Of a stretch of 64,000 bases of DNA, positions 19,595 to 29,104 are shown piece by piece. Each line of letters opens with the position of its first letter. Position 1 is the stretch's first letter. The stretch lies in the sequence record QB031382.1; one strand, 5' to 3'. The position numbers and the translations under genes are program-made. Below the pieces are notes generated by a model. It worked only from the letters and a program-made list of their open reading frames with translations, made no database searches and was not told the origin of the DNA. This DNA is from a phage.

Positions 19595-20311
19595 ATGGCT
19601 ACGCTTTATAGTGATATATTGATGGACCCACAGACAGGCGATTTGGCGATAGACAAAGGTCTTGAGTTGATAGACTCAAACCAGGTAAGTCTGCGCCAGC
19701 GCCTGTGGATGAGGTTTAATACCTGGAAAGGGAGCTGGTACTTTGACGAGTTGTTTGGCTTCCCTTATATGGACTTTCTTAGTAAGAAGGTCATGAAGAC
19801 TGTTCTTGATAACAAGATTATGGAAGTGGCAAGACAAGAGCCGGATGTGCTAAACATCATAAACTTCCAGTCTACCATGGATCGAAGATCGAGAACATAC
19901 CAAGCGTTCTTTGAGGTTGTTACCAAAGAGAACGAGATTGTAAGGCTGGCCTTCGTAGGTCTTGATCAGTTCACCTACCCACAGCCTGATTCTGGGACAA
20001 CCTCTCTTTGTGATGATGAGGGTTGGATTAAGTGGGCTAATAAACTGTACTATCTGATCAACTTCAGATTGCCTAGAACCGGAGATGCCACATGGTGGAA
20101 CCAGTATGCTGGTCCTGAGATGGAAAACCCGATCCCTGTAGGCTCTCTGTTGACTCAGGATAAAGATCTGCTGATGACTGAGGCAGAACAAACCATTAAC
20201 CGCAATACCTGGACGCTTGCTCCAGATGAGCGCGAATACTCTGGTGTTATTGCTACCTCCAATGATGAGGCTATTGCCAACCAGTCTGGTCGTGCTATTG
20301 ATGTTAACTAA
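19595..20311 (+). CDS. Baseplate wedge protein (putative)
   Basis: 238-aa ORF in baseplate block. Confidence 0.35.
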   Translation: MATLYSDILMDPQTGDLAIDKGLELIDSNQVSLRQRLWMRFNTWKGSWYFDELFGFPYMDFLSKKVMKTVLDNKIMEVARQEPDVLNIINFQSTMDRRSRTYQAFFEVVTKENEIVRLAFVGLDQFTYPQPDSGTTSLCDDEGWIKWANKLYYLINFRLPRTGDATWWNQYAGPEMENPIPVGSLLTQDKDLLMTEAEQTINRNTWTLAPDEREYSGVIATSNDEAIANQSGRAIDVN

Positions 20312-20320
20312 GGAGAAATC

Positions 20321-20989
20321 ATGGCTGTAGCTTATCCTACAATACCAATTCCAGATCTTGAAGATGCAGAAACAGTCCTGAGTGATGACTTCTTGGTTGT
20401 CAACCAGACTGATGGGACAAGAAAGGCTAAGATTGACGATGTTGTCAACGATCTTAGCATTACTAAGATAGTCTATTTCACAGAGGGTGGTTATCTTAAG
20501 GGCAAGAAGGACTTTGCTTATGATCCAGAAACTAAGCGCTACTACACGTGGAACGGGGATTATCCTAAAATAATCCTCCCAGACTCCACTGTAGAGGGTG
20601 CTGGGGGTGTGTCTGCAAATGCCTGGTCTGTTTTTGGTGAGCTTGCTGCAACTTCTTCTGGCAGAATAGTTGATTACGGATCTATCGGTGGTCAGCTTGA
20701 TATGGATCTTGAAGTTGCGGATACCTTTAAGGTTCGACTAACTTCAAATACCACAATCTCTTTTGAAAATCAAACAGAAGGTCTTGAAGGGGTGGCGAGA
20801 ACCATAACCGTATGCATTACTCAGACCTCTGGCGGCAACAAAGTCTATTGGCCTGGTAATGTTAAATGGTCCTACGGAAGAGATCCTATCCTAACATTTA
20901 CAGCTGGTGCAACAGATATTTTCAAGTTAGAAACCTACGACAACGGGTTAACTTGGTACGGGGCACTGATTATAGCAGGAGCTATCTAA
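20321..20989 (+). CDS. Fibre/spike N-terminal anchor-domain protein
   Basis: N-terminal ~105 aa parallel the N-terminus of the 23624 product (D[D/Y]xLVVxQ.D.TR..KI.DVV ... EGG.L.G..DFAY ... AW.V). Confidence 0.5.
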   Translation: MAVAYPTIPIPDLEDAETVLSDDFLVVNQTDGTRKAKIDDVVNDLSITKIVYFTEGGYLKGKKDFAYDPETKRYYTWNGDYPKIILPDSTVEGAGGVSANAWSVFGELAATSSGRIVDYGSIGGQLDMDLEVADTFKVRLTSNTTISFENQTEGLEGVARTITVCITQTSGGNKVYWPGNVKWSYGRDPILTFTAGATDIFKLETYDNGLTWYGALIIAGAI

Positions 20990-20990
20990 G

Positions 20991-23588
20991 ATGCGTATTC
21001 AACACAACATTGATAACGTATTTCAGATGATTGAGGGGCACAGGAAGTGCCTCGATAACAACACAGGCATTACCAATCTCCCCACGCAGAACAAACTGGT
21101 AAACCAGGATGGACTTATAGCGTCAGGTTGGTCAGGGAGTAAGATAAATAATGATTGGGCAATGCATGAAGCTCAGGCTGTGTTGATTCTGGGGTACATT
21201 GAGGCATACAGGGCATCAAAAAGCGATTTTTACCTAGATAGGGCCAAAGAAGCTTGGGAAGCCTACAACAGTCATCTTCTAGGTGCATATGCAGTAGAAA
21301 GTAAAATGCAAAGATTGTCCCACTACCCATTATCCACAGACGGGGTTCCATCACATGGTGGGTTTAAAGATGTAGTGGTGTCTTTTACCAATGGTAGAGG
21401 AAAAATTCCAGCCGGATCTCCGACATGGGGTGAATACCTAGACAAGGCATTCCAAGCGTATAACGGTGTGCTAGGAAGAAACACTGTAGACTCTGATGTT
21501 TACGGCGGCACAGATGCTAACCCAAATTGGACAACATCTGGATTAAGTTGGTGGGTTGAGTGGTATATAGCATGGGATGGTAACCGCTATTGGGCCAACG
21601 GTAGCATAGCCGACAGTGGTCATACGTCTGCAGAGTTCGGCACAATCCAACTGCAGGATAAGGGTGTTACAGGCAGCCACAAGGTAACCTACTGTGTGAG
21701 ATTACCACAAGAGCAGGGTGGATCAGTGATACCTGCTGGATCCCCTGTAATTGTAAATCCTATAAATGTGGTTGCGGACAACCAAGCCCCAGAGTTGGAC
21801 GGGGAAGAAATGTGGTGTGACGCTTGTTATCAACTCTACACCTTGACAGGTGAGGAAAAGTATTATACAGCGTTTAAGCAGTCTTACAACAAGCTGCTTA
21901 ATTTCAGCGATATAAATGCCTACGACAAACTGTTTAGAAAGACCACGTTAATTAAGGCACCGTTCACAGATGGTACTTGTCTCGTCGCAGGAACAGTTCC
22001 TGTCATGAGCAGGGACAGTGACGGGTATATCAATTTTAGAATGAACGCACGTCAGCCTTGCGAAATAATTCAAAAAGGGACTACATACAAGATAGGCAGA
22101 GATGCTGAAATTGTTATGAATTTCGGAGGAGAAGGGGTTCTGTTCCAGCCACACTTCATTCTTAATGATGGTAACAATAACAAAAAACAGTATAGGATAG
22201 GTGTCCCTTTTGGAGGGGCAGAGGTAACAGAGACAGTTGCCAAGGTTACCGATTTCGTAGAGGTGGTTGGTAAAGATGGTAACCCGTATCTCTTACCAAA
22301 AGAGGAAAACATTGTCGTAAGCGGTGGCGCTAGTGTTAGTATGCAGTATGATACCGACATTTATAACCACTCCGACAACTTCACCCGTTGCAACATAGCA
22401 AGAGGCAAGGTAACTTTCAATTTTGGAAGAGAGATCTCTTTAAACTCAGTAACTTATCGATCAGATGATGAGATGGTAAGGGTCAAATTTCTTGACAAAG
22501 ACCGTTGGTTATGGTATGCTGATCTATATGCCACTAATGGACAATGGATAACAGAAACTCTTACCTTAGGTGATTTTAAACTAGACCCAACACAACCTCA
22601 TCACACAGAAGATGAGATTAAACCTTTCTTTGCTAACCCTAAAGGAATTACCTCTGTAGATTTCAGTCTGAGCGACAGGCAGATAGGCAATGGCTTGTTC
22701 GATCTGTATTGCGTCAACACGCTGCCGCAATTTTATGTTGCAGACAGAGATGCTTATATGATCTGGTTTAGTGTATGGATGGCAAGCAAGACAGAATCAA
22801 CAGCTAAGGTTGGTGATTGCTATGTCAGAAACTACAAGCAAGGCGCATACAGACACACTCCAGGTGTGTTCCCTGCCGGAAAGGTGATAGATAAGGAGAA
22901 TTATCTTCTAGAGGAAAGGCCAAATTGGCCCTATCCCGGCATGCAATATCCGGTAGTCTACTGTATGGGTGCGGAAAACATAGATCGTCAAAGATTGGCA
23001 AATACAATTGGATTTATGTACGACTCCCAAGTTTGGTATAATAACACATTTAGAACAGAAGGACCAGTTGCATCCCGCTACGTATGGCAGAGGGGTAATG
23101 AGGGGTTGACTGGTTGGTGGGAGATGGTAGATAACTCTAAACTCCAATCAAGAGCCTTTGTTGCTGCGTGCCGCACACTATATGAGCTTAAGAAACATAA
23201 AGAACCTGTTGATGAAAGACTGTTCCTGTTCTGCCAGAAATGGGCATGGTTCCTCAACAGATTCCAGTCATCTCATTCCGGAAATCTTCCTACAGACTTC
23301 AACACCTCAGGAGGATATTCTTATCAAGACAGAGGAGACAGGATGTGGGTGGTAGGTGAATGGCTTGCAGGTTGCTGCTGGCTAGGCCTTTGCGGGTATT
23401 CAGAAACAATACCCCAAATAGATATTGTTGTAGAAGCCTGTGTGAAGTTACTGCAAAAGCACCACTTCATTAACGGGGATAATGTTTTAAACGGCTGCTG
23501 GGCAGTTTCTGATCCGGTAGGCTATCACTCTGGCGAAATCCTTCGCGGTCTGGGACTTTATGCTCAATACCGTGGATTGTACCTTTAA
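20991..23588 (+). CDS. Large tail-associated protein, possibly an enzymatic spike body
   Basis: 865 aa, Trp/Tyr-rich. Starts 1 nt after the anchor-domain gene's stop. Confidence 0.4.
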   Translation: MRIQHNIDNVFQMIEGHRKCLDNNTGITNLPTQNKLVNQDGLIASGWSGSKINNDWAMHEAQAVLILGYIEAYRASKSDFYLDRAKEAWEAYNSHLLGAYAVESKMQRLSHYPLSTDGVPSHGGFKDVVVSFTNGRGKIPAGSPTWGEYLDKAFQAYNGVLGRNTVDSDVYGGTDANPNWTTSGLSWWVEWYIAWDGNRYWANGSIADSGHTSAEFGTIQLQDKGVTGSHKVTYCVRLPQEQGGSVIPAGSPVIVNPINVVADNQAPELDGEEMWCDACYQLYTLTGEEKYYTAFKQSYNKLLNFSDINAYDKLFRKTTLIKAPFTDGTCLVAGTVPVMSRDSDGYINFRMNARQPCEIIQKGTTYKIGRDAEIVMNFGGEGVLFQPHFILNDGNNNKKQYRIGVPFGGAEVTETVAKVTDFVEVVGKDGNPYLLPKEENIVVSGGASVSMQYDTDIYNHSDNFTRCNIARGKVTFNFGREISLNSVTYRSDDEMVRVKFLDKDRWLWYADLYATNGQWITETLTLGDFKLDPTQPHHTEDEIKPFFANPKGITSVDFSLSDRQIGNGLFDLYCVNTLPQFYVADRDAYMIWFSVWMASKTESTAKVGDCYVRNYKQGAYRHTPGVFPAGKVIDKENYLLEERPNWPYPGMQYPVVYCMGAENIDRQRLANTIGFMYDSQVWYNNTFRTEGPVASRYVWQRGNEGLTGWWEMVDNSKLQSRAFVAACRTLYELKKHKEPVDERLFLFCQKWAWFLNRFQSSHSGNLPTDFNTSGGYSYQDRGDRMWVVGEWLAGCCWLGLCGYSETIPQIDIVVEACVKLLQKHHFINGDNVLNGCWAVSDPVGYHSGEILRGLGLYAQYRGLYL

Positions 23589-23623
23589 CATAGGGGGCTG
23601 TTTGCCCCCTTTCAGGAGAAAGA

Positions 23624-26600
23624 ATGGCTGATATTAAAGTTGTCAGAATTGAATCTCTTCCTGCCACTACCGCAGTGACAGAGGATGATTACCTGGTTGT
23701 TCAACAACCAGACCTGACCCGTCGTGTAAAAATTGGCGATGTTGTCCATGTGGATGGGACTGTTTCTCATGTAATCTCCTTTAAGGAAGGTGGTAAGTTA
23801 AACGGCCCAATGGATTTTGCCTACTTCGAAGAGGAAGACCTCTACCTGCGTTGGAAAGGCGAATTTCCACACACTGTGCCTGCACTGTCTTCACCGTACT
23901 CTGATGGTGGGATTACCGATGCTGCATGGATGGTATATACAGATCCGTCCTTAAGGGAGGAGCTGGAGTCTACCATTGGCGCATCTATGATCATGACAGC
24001 CGAAGGGCAGTCTGTCCAGGATGTAATGGATGTTACGGTTCAGACAGCCAACGATGCTAAAGCACTTGCACAGCGGGTAGATTTTGGTACAGTGCATACT
24101 GTAGGCGATGTTATTCACCTTGTCAACTTTGTTGGTCCTGCAGTTATTGAAGAGGGAAGAACTACTAACTACCCTTCTGTAGCAGCTGGTGAAAAATTTC
24201 TGAACGGTGTGGTATCTCGTCGTGATACTACGACTGTTGATGGTATTTTCCGTGGCGCTACCTCTGGAGCCATGTATACCATTGCAGTAACCAATGGTGT
24301 AGCAACAACAAAAAGAATAGCACTTCGTGATGAATTTAAACGCCTGGAGGCAAACAACCCAACAAGAACAGTTATCCGTGCTGGAGATGATTTAAACACG
24401 GCAGGGTACTTGCAGCTTGATGCAGCAGGCCGTTGGGGTATGTGGAACCAGCAAACAGCCTCGTGGCAACCTCTTGCTATAGAGCAAGGTGGTACAGGTG
24501 CCAGAGATGCCGCTGGAGTCCGTATCAATATCGGTGCTTTCTATAAGCAACGTGCAGCCCTTGAGCCAAATTTCAATATCAATAACTTGACTGGTAATCA
24601 GGATGGTGTATACTACCAGCCAATGACTGCTTATGCAACTGAGGCAAATGGTTACCCTGCAGGTTCTGGTGCTGGTCACTTGATTGTTTGGCAGAACAAT
24701 GCTAACGGCGGTACAGGTTGTCGTCAGGAATACTATCCATTCTCTAACGTAGATGTTTGGTATTTAAGAACCTATCAGGCCAACACAAACCAGTGGACTG
24801 CATGGCAGCCAATGGTCAGACCTCGTAACGATGATACCTTTAGATCGCACATCGGTCTCGGGTCTAGAAACTCCCCTACCTTCGGGCACCTTTACCTGTC
24901 TCAAAGTTCTGCTGATGTTAAGTCAGCATCCGGTATTGTTAACGGGGACAAATACAGCGCTGACGGTGTCCTTGAGCATGGATATAGGATCTACTCAGAG
25001 GTAAGAAACGACAATAAGGCTTGGTTAACAATCCACCTGCACAAAGGTGCAAAAGGATCTGAAACTCATCGGTATTTAGGATTCCGTGAAGATGGTGTGT
25101 TAGATTGTCCTAAGTACATGCAGGTTGGGGATCTTACTGGTCAGCTGACAAACTGGGGACTGGGAGAATGGATTCGTAGTTCAGGGGCAGAAAGAGGGTT
25201 CTGGGGTTCCAAGAAAGCCGCTAAGATGGTCGTCTGGGATGGCGGTATGGATGAATCCGGTAATGGTTCTCTAGAATGGGGTGTTTATAACAACCGGAAG
25301 GCCAAGTGGGAGCCTTTACCTCAAGCTGCAGGTGGTACAGGGGCTACAACCCTGGCAGATGCTCAGAGTCTGTTCAAAGTTCCTATAGCTGCGGGTGTCA
25401 AAGATTTCTTAACACTGCCAAGAACTGCAGGTATGGAAGATGGGAAATATTACCCAATCATCGTTAGAACAGATCCGTATTATGCTCCAGCAACTGGCAC
25501 CGATATTACCCTAGTCACCAGATTGTCATCTGGCGGTGACCCTATGAACTGCGCCACCTTACAGTGTCACTATAGAACTGGCGGTTGGACAGATAGAGGG
25601 GACTCTTTCTACGGGGTAGTGAATTTCTATCAAAATGAAAAAGCACTTCTTGGGATGGTTGCTCCAACAAGGGGTAAACAAGAGTATGTTGCTTTCTATG
25701 CAGAGGCTCGTGCTTTCCCTGTCAGCATATACGCAAGTAGAAATGTTGTCGAAGTGTTTACCAGAGAGCAAGATTATCAAGTCGGCTCTGTAACAAACAA
25801 TCAGGACGGTGTTAAGTTCGTTGCACCTCTCCAGTCAGCAGATTTAAATCTGGCTGTTCTCGGAGATAACAATACCAACACCAGACCTATTGTTGACTTC
25901 AAAGGTACCTCTGGGTTCTACACTGGCGGCGGCACACAGTGGCACTATATAGGCACTGCTGAACGCTATGCGGTGATGAGCAAAATGAACATGCCTAAAG
26001 TCGAACTATGGGCTGACGGTATTGACTATTTGTGCTACGGCAGTCCTAGAAAGGCGTTATTCTCTAATGCAGGATTTCAGTGTGCATCAGATGGGACAGA
26101 TGATCTGACTAACGGTACGTTTACCTCTAAATGCGGTAATGGTGCTGGACTTCAAGGTCAGGCAGAGTTCAGATCTACCCCAGAAGCTGGTCAAGTTATT
26201 GTTCGTGATGTTGTAGGTTCCGCTCACAGATTCTACAATTTCAACAAAGACGGTACTTTCTCGGCCCCTGGTGGTTTTGTATGCCACACAGGTGCAGACT
26301 GGAACAACCAGTTCGGAAATAATAATCCGTCCAAAATACTGGCTGGCAACGTCAACGGGCCTGAAGGTTCAATGGTTGTTGGCGGGTTGTCTGTGGTGTT
26401 TTCTGGAAACTTTGCTTTCCAGATGGCTGGTCGCCTTGATAGGTTGTATACCAGATCTATCGAGGGTGGTGCTCACAGACCGTGGAACAAGATCTTCTCA
26501 CACAGAGGTGCAGGTCTTGAGTCTACAGACCTAAACACTTACGATGGTACTTGTGAGGGCATCTATCACCAACATCTTGATGCCAACTCGACATCTGAAA

Positions 26601-27436
26601 GACATTACCCAGCACCGTACGCTGGTACTCTGATTGTTTACCAGAACAATGCAAACAATCCGAAAGGATGCGTACAGGAGTACATCACACGTTTTGGTGA
26701 CAGATATACTCGTGTTGGTAACATGGATAGAACTGGGACCACTTATATGTGGGAAGTTTGGCGGCACGATTCTGGTAAAGCTATTCAGTTACGCCCGAAT
26801 CGTAATGTTGATGAAACAGATAAAGAGCTGTGTATTCATGTTGGTGGTTCTGATAACCCCAGAAACAACACCAGCCTACCTGCTGATAATGCCAGATTAT
26901 TCTATTGGGGTAATGGCGCGGATAGGAAGAATGTGCTGGAGCTTCAGATAAGTGATAACTCAACAGCCGCCAGCTGGGTATTCCACTGTGGAGCTAAGGC
27001 AGATGAGGCTAAATCAAGATATTTTGCTGTCAACGGCACGGTAGAATGCACCACTGTTAGTCAAAGTTCTGACCGTGACCTGAAGGATAATATAGAGGTA
27101 ATACCTAACGCTCTGGAAGCAATTAGAAAGATGAAAGGCTATACCTACACCTTGAAAGAGAATGGTATGCCTTATGCAGGCGTGATTGCTCAAGAGGTTA
27201 TGGAAGCATTGCCAGAGGCAGTAGGGTCTTTCGTGAAAAGGAAGGAAATAGAAGGTCCTACTCAAGACGGTATTCCTCTGATGACCGAGGAAAGGTTCTA
27301 TAACGTTGACTACGCAGCTGTTACAGGCTTGCTTGTCCAGGTTTGCAGGGAACAGGATGATAAAATAACCGCCCTTGAGGAGCAGGTTAAAAAATTGACA
27401 GAGGTTGTTACTGGGTTGCAAGAGAAACTGAAGTAA
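23624..27436 (+). CDS. Tail fibre/spike with C-terminal intramolecular chaperone (peptidase S74-like) domain
   Basis: 1270 aa; N-terminal anchor shared with 20321. C-terminal DRDLKDNIEV ... YNVDYAAVTGLLVQVCREQDDKITALEEQVKKL matches the auto-cleaving chaperone domain pattern. Confidence 0.65.
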   Translation: MADIKVVRIESLPATTAVTEDDYLVVQQPDLTRRVKIGDVVHVDGTVSHVISFKEGGKLNGPMDFAYFEEEDLYLRWKGEFPHTVPALSSPYSDGGITDAAWMVYTDPSLREELESTIGASMIMTAEGQSVQDVMDVTVQTANDAKALAQRVDFGTVHTVGDVIHLVNFVGPAVIEEGRTTNYPSVAAGEKFLNGVVSRRDTTTVDGIFRGATSGAMYTIAVTNGVATTKRIALRDEFKRLEANNPTRTVIRAGDDLNTAGYLQLDAAGRWGMWNQQTASWQPLAIEQGGTGARDAAGVRINIGAFYKQRAALEPNFNINNLTGNQDGVYYQPMTAYATEANGYPAGSGAGHLIVWQNNANGGTGCRQEYYPFSNVDVWYLRTYQANTNQWTAWQPMVRPRNDDTFRSHIGLGSRNSPTFGHLYLSQSSADVKSASGIVNGDKYSADGVLEHGYRIYSEVRNDNKAWLTIHLHKGAKGSETHRYLGFREDGVLDCPKYMQVGDLTGQLTNWGLGEWIRSSGAERGFWGSKKAAKMVVWDGGMDESGNGSLEWGVYNNRKAKWEPLPQAAGGTGATTLADAQSLFKVPIAAGVKDFLTLPRTAGMEDGKYYPIIVRTDPYYAPATGTDITLVTRLSSGGDPMNCATLQCHYRTGGWTDRGDSFYGVVNFYQNEKALLGMVAPTRGKQEYVAFYAEARAFPVSIYASRNVVEVFTREQDYQVGSVTNNQDGVKFVAPLQSADLNLAVLGDNNTNTRPIVDFKGTSGFYTGGGTQWHYIGTAERYAVMSKMNMPKVELWADGIDYLCYGSPRKALFSNAGFQCASDGTDDLTNGTFTSKCGNGAGLQGQAEFRSTPEAGQVIVRDVVGSAHRFYNFNKDGTFSAPGGFVCHTGADWNNQFGNNNPSKILAGNVNGPEGSMVVGGLSVVFSGNFAFQMAGRLDRLYTRSIEGGAHRPWNKIFSHRGAGLESTDLNTYDGTCEGIYHQHLDANSTSERHYPAPYAGTLIVYQNNANNPKGCVQEYITRFGDRYTRVGNMDRTGTTYMWEVWRHDSGKAIQLRPNRNVDETDKELCIHVGGSDNPRNNTSLPADNARLFYWGNGADRKNVLELQISDNSTAASWVFHCGAKADEAKSRYFAVNGTVECTTVSQSSDRDLKDNIEVIPNALEAIRKMKGYTYTLKENGMPYAGVIAQEVMEALPEAVGSFVKRKEIEGPTQDGIPLMTEERFYNVDYAAVTGLLVQVCREQDDKITALEEQVKKLTEVVTGLQEKLK

Positions 27437-27443
27437 CTGTTTT

Positions 27444-27472
27444 GCCCTCGCTTCAGCGGGGGCTTTTTGTTT
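27444..27472 (+). terminator. Intrinsic terminator
   Basis: GCCCTCGC / TTCA / GCGGGGGC followed by TTTTTGTTTG. Confidence 0.6.
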
Positions 27473-27475
27473 GTA

Positions 27476-27504
27476 TTGCGTATTAACTCAAAATCTGGTA
27501 AAAT
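27476..27504 (+). promoter_or_regulatory. Sigma70-like promoter
   Basis: TTGCGT, 17-nt spacer, TGGTAAAAT. Confidence 0.45.
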
Positions 27505-27535
27505 AACTATCATGATTGTTTAACCTGGAGGCACA

Positions 27536-28126
27536 ATGTTTTTATGGGAAAGGCCTAGATACCTTCCAGATATTAGATTGGAGCTGCTGGCAGATATTGT
27601 TACGTTTAAAAGTCCGTTTACAGGTAAAACGCAAAAAGTAACCTATGCCACACCTAACTGGAAAGGCACTTTGACGGTTTCCAATATCAGCGAGTCACAG
27701 TTGCTAGAGCTTAAGAGCTTTGTTGATCAGGTGTATAAAGATGGAAACATCTTTCTTATTAAAACTTACGGTCACTCAGTTACAGCTAATGAGCCAATCG
27801 CCCTTGGGCCTACTGGTAACGACGATTTTTTGAAGACGGTTGGGTGGGAGCCAAACAGAGACATAGCCAGAGCTGGGGATAAAATATCTGTCAATGATGA
27901 ATTGAAAGTGGTAACAGCTCCAGTGCGTAGCGATGGTGTTGGGTCTGCTGTTATAGGCATATCTCCAAGACTTAGAAAACCTATTGCCGCAGGGGACACC
28001 ATGAAGATAATAACTCAATCTCCGAAGGGTAGGTTTCATATCAGAGATATTTATAAAATTAAGCAAAAAGTCGATGCTATGCAAAAAGGTGATAATATAG
28101 TTATCAACTTCTTTGAGGATTTCTAA
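27536..28126 (+). CDS. Tail tip assembly protein (lambda gpL/gpM-like or GTA-like module, putative)
   Basis: 196 aa; first gene of a four-gene block ending in the J-like protein. Confidence 0.35.
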   Translation: MFLWERPRYLPDIRLELLADIVTFKSPFTGKTQKVTYATPNWKGTLTVSNISESQLLELKSFVDQVYKDGNIFLIKTYGHSVTANEPIALGPTGNDDFLKTVGWEPNRDIARAGDKISVNDELKVVTAPVRSDGVGSAVIGISPRLRKPIAAGDTMKIITQSPKGRFHIRDIYKIKQKVDAMQKGDNIVINFFEDF

Positions 28127-28127
28127 G

Positions 28128-28679
28128 ATGATCAGAGCGCCATTAGATAATTTATTTCTTGAAAAGCTGGAGCTTGATGGTGTTGAGATCTTAATTGCTG
28201 CAAAGCTGGAGCTACCGACAGGAACTGTCAGGGTGTGCTCAGGCACTGGTGTTGTAGTAATTGAGGGGCAACATTTTATAGGGATAGGTGGATCAGCAAC
28301 ATTGACTGCTGTGTCTGAGAAAGATGCCACCAACTTCGGATCTGTGGTAGCAACATTGAACGGGTTTGATCCTAAATATGTTGGCGATCTGCTGAAGACG
28401 GAGTATTCTGGTTGCCGTGCCACACTGTATATCACCGCTATGGAGAGTGGTTTACCTGTTACAACTAATGGCTTGTTTGACGGCCTTATAACAGACATGG
28501 CTATTCAGACAGGGGAGAATAGTGCTTTGTCCATATCCATCTCTTCCATCTTCAACAGCTGGTTAAGAGGTTTTCCTTATCGATACACAGAGGAAAGCCA
28601 TAGCTCAAGAAACGATAATGACAGATTTTTTAAATATGTGGATCAGGTGGCAAGCCGCCCGATCATTTGGGAGGTTTAA
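28128..28679 (+). CDS. Tail tip assembly protein (putative)
   Basis: ATG 28128 after GAGGA; a TTG-initiated extension to 28113 is less likely. Confidence 0.35.
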   Translation: MIRAPLDNLFLEKLELDGVEILIAAKLELPTGTVRVCSGTGVVVIEGQHFIGIGGSATLTAVSEKDATNFGSVVATLNGFDPKYVGDLLKTEYSGCRATLYITAMESGLPVTTNGLFDGLITDMAIQTGENSALSISISSIFNSWLRGFPYRYTEESHSSRNDNDRFFKYVDQVASRPIIWEV

Positions 28680-29104
28680 TGAGCACACACCCTCGTTTAG
28701 TAGACTGGCAAGAAAGATTGTGGAAAGTGTTTGACGAAGAAGCCACCGTCCCGTTTGAATGGGGATTCCACGATTGCTGCACTTTTGCGGCTAAGTGTGT
28801 TGATGCCCAATACGGAACAGATTTTCTTTCTAACTTTGAAGGAACTTATAAAACAGAGTTGGAAAGCAAGAGATGGTGTATGCTTCGTTTCAAAACCACA
28901 CACCTGCCTACTGTTTTTGATCTCTTTTTGACTCGACTGGATACTCCTAAACAGGTTCAGCGTGGTGATATTGTTATTTTCGAAGGTCTGAACGGCCTCA
29001 CCGCTGGTGTGTTCTGGAACAACCAGATTTGGGCGAAAGGTGATAAAGGGATCTTTACGTTCGATATGAAAGATTCTATCGTTGTTGATGTCTGGAGGTA
29101 TTAA
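28679..29104 (+). CDS. NlpC/P60-family peptidase-like tail protein (lambda gpK C-domain-like)
   Basis: ATG 28679 after GGGAGG. FHDCCTF matches the catalytic-Cys region of NlpC/P60 tail-tip proteins. Immediately upstream of the J-like gene. Confidence 0.5.
   Translation: MSTHPRLVDWQERLWKVFDEEATVPFEWGFHDCCTFAAKCVDAQYGTDFLSNFEGTYKTELESKRWCMLRFKTTHLPTVFDLFLTRLDTPKQVQRGDIVIFEGLNGLTAGVFWNNQIWAKGDKGIFTFDMKDSIVVDVWRY

Noticed and set aside
23593-23612. Terminator between 23588 and 23624
   Set aside because: The GGGGGC/GCCCCC hairpin is followed by only three T residues; too weak to call, possibly a pause or attenuation site.
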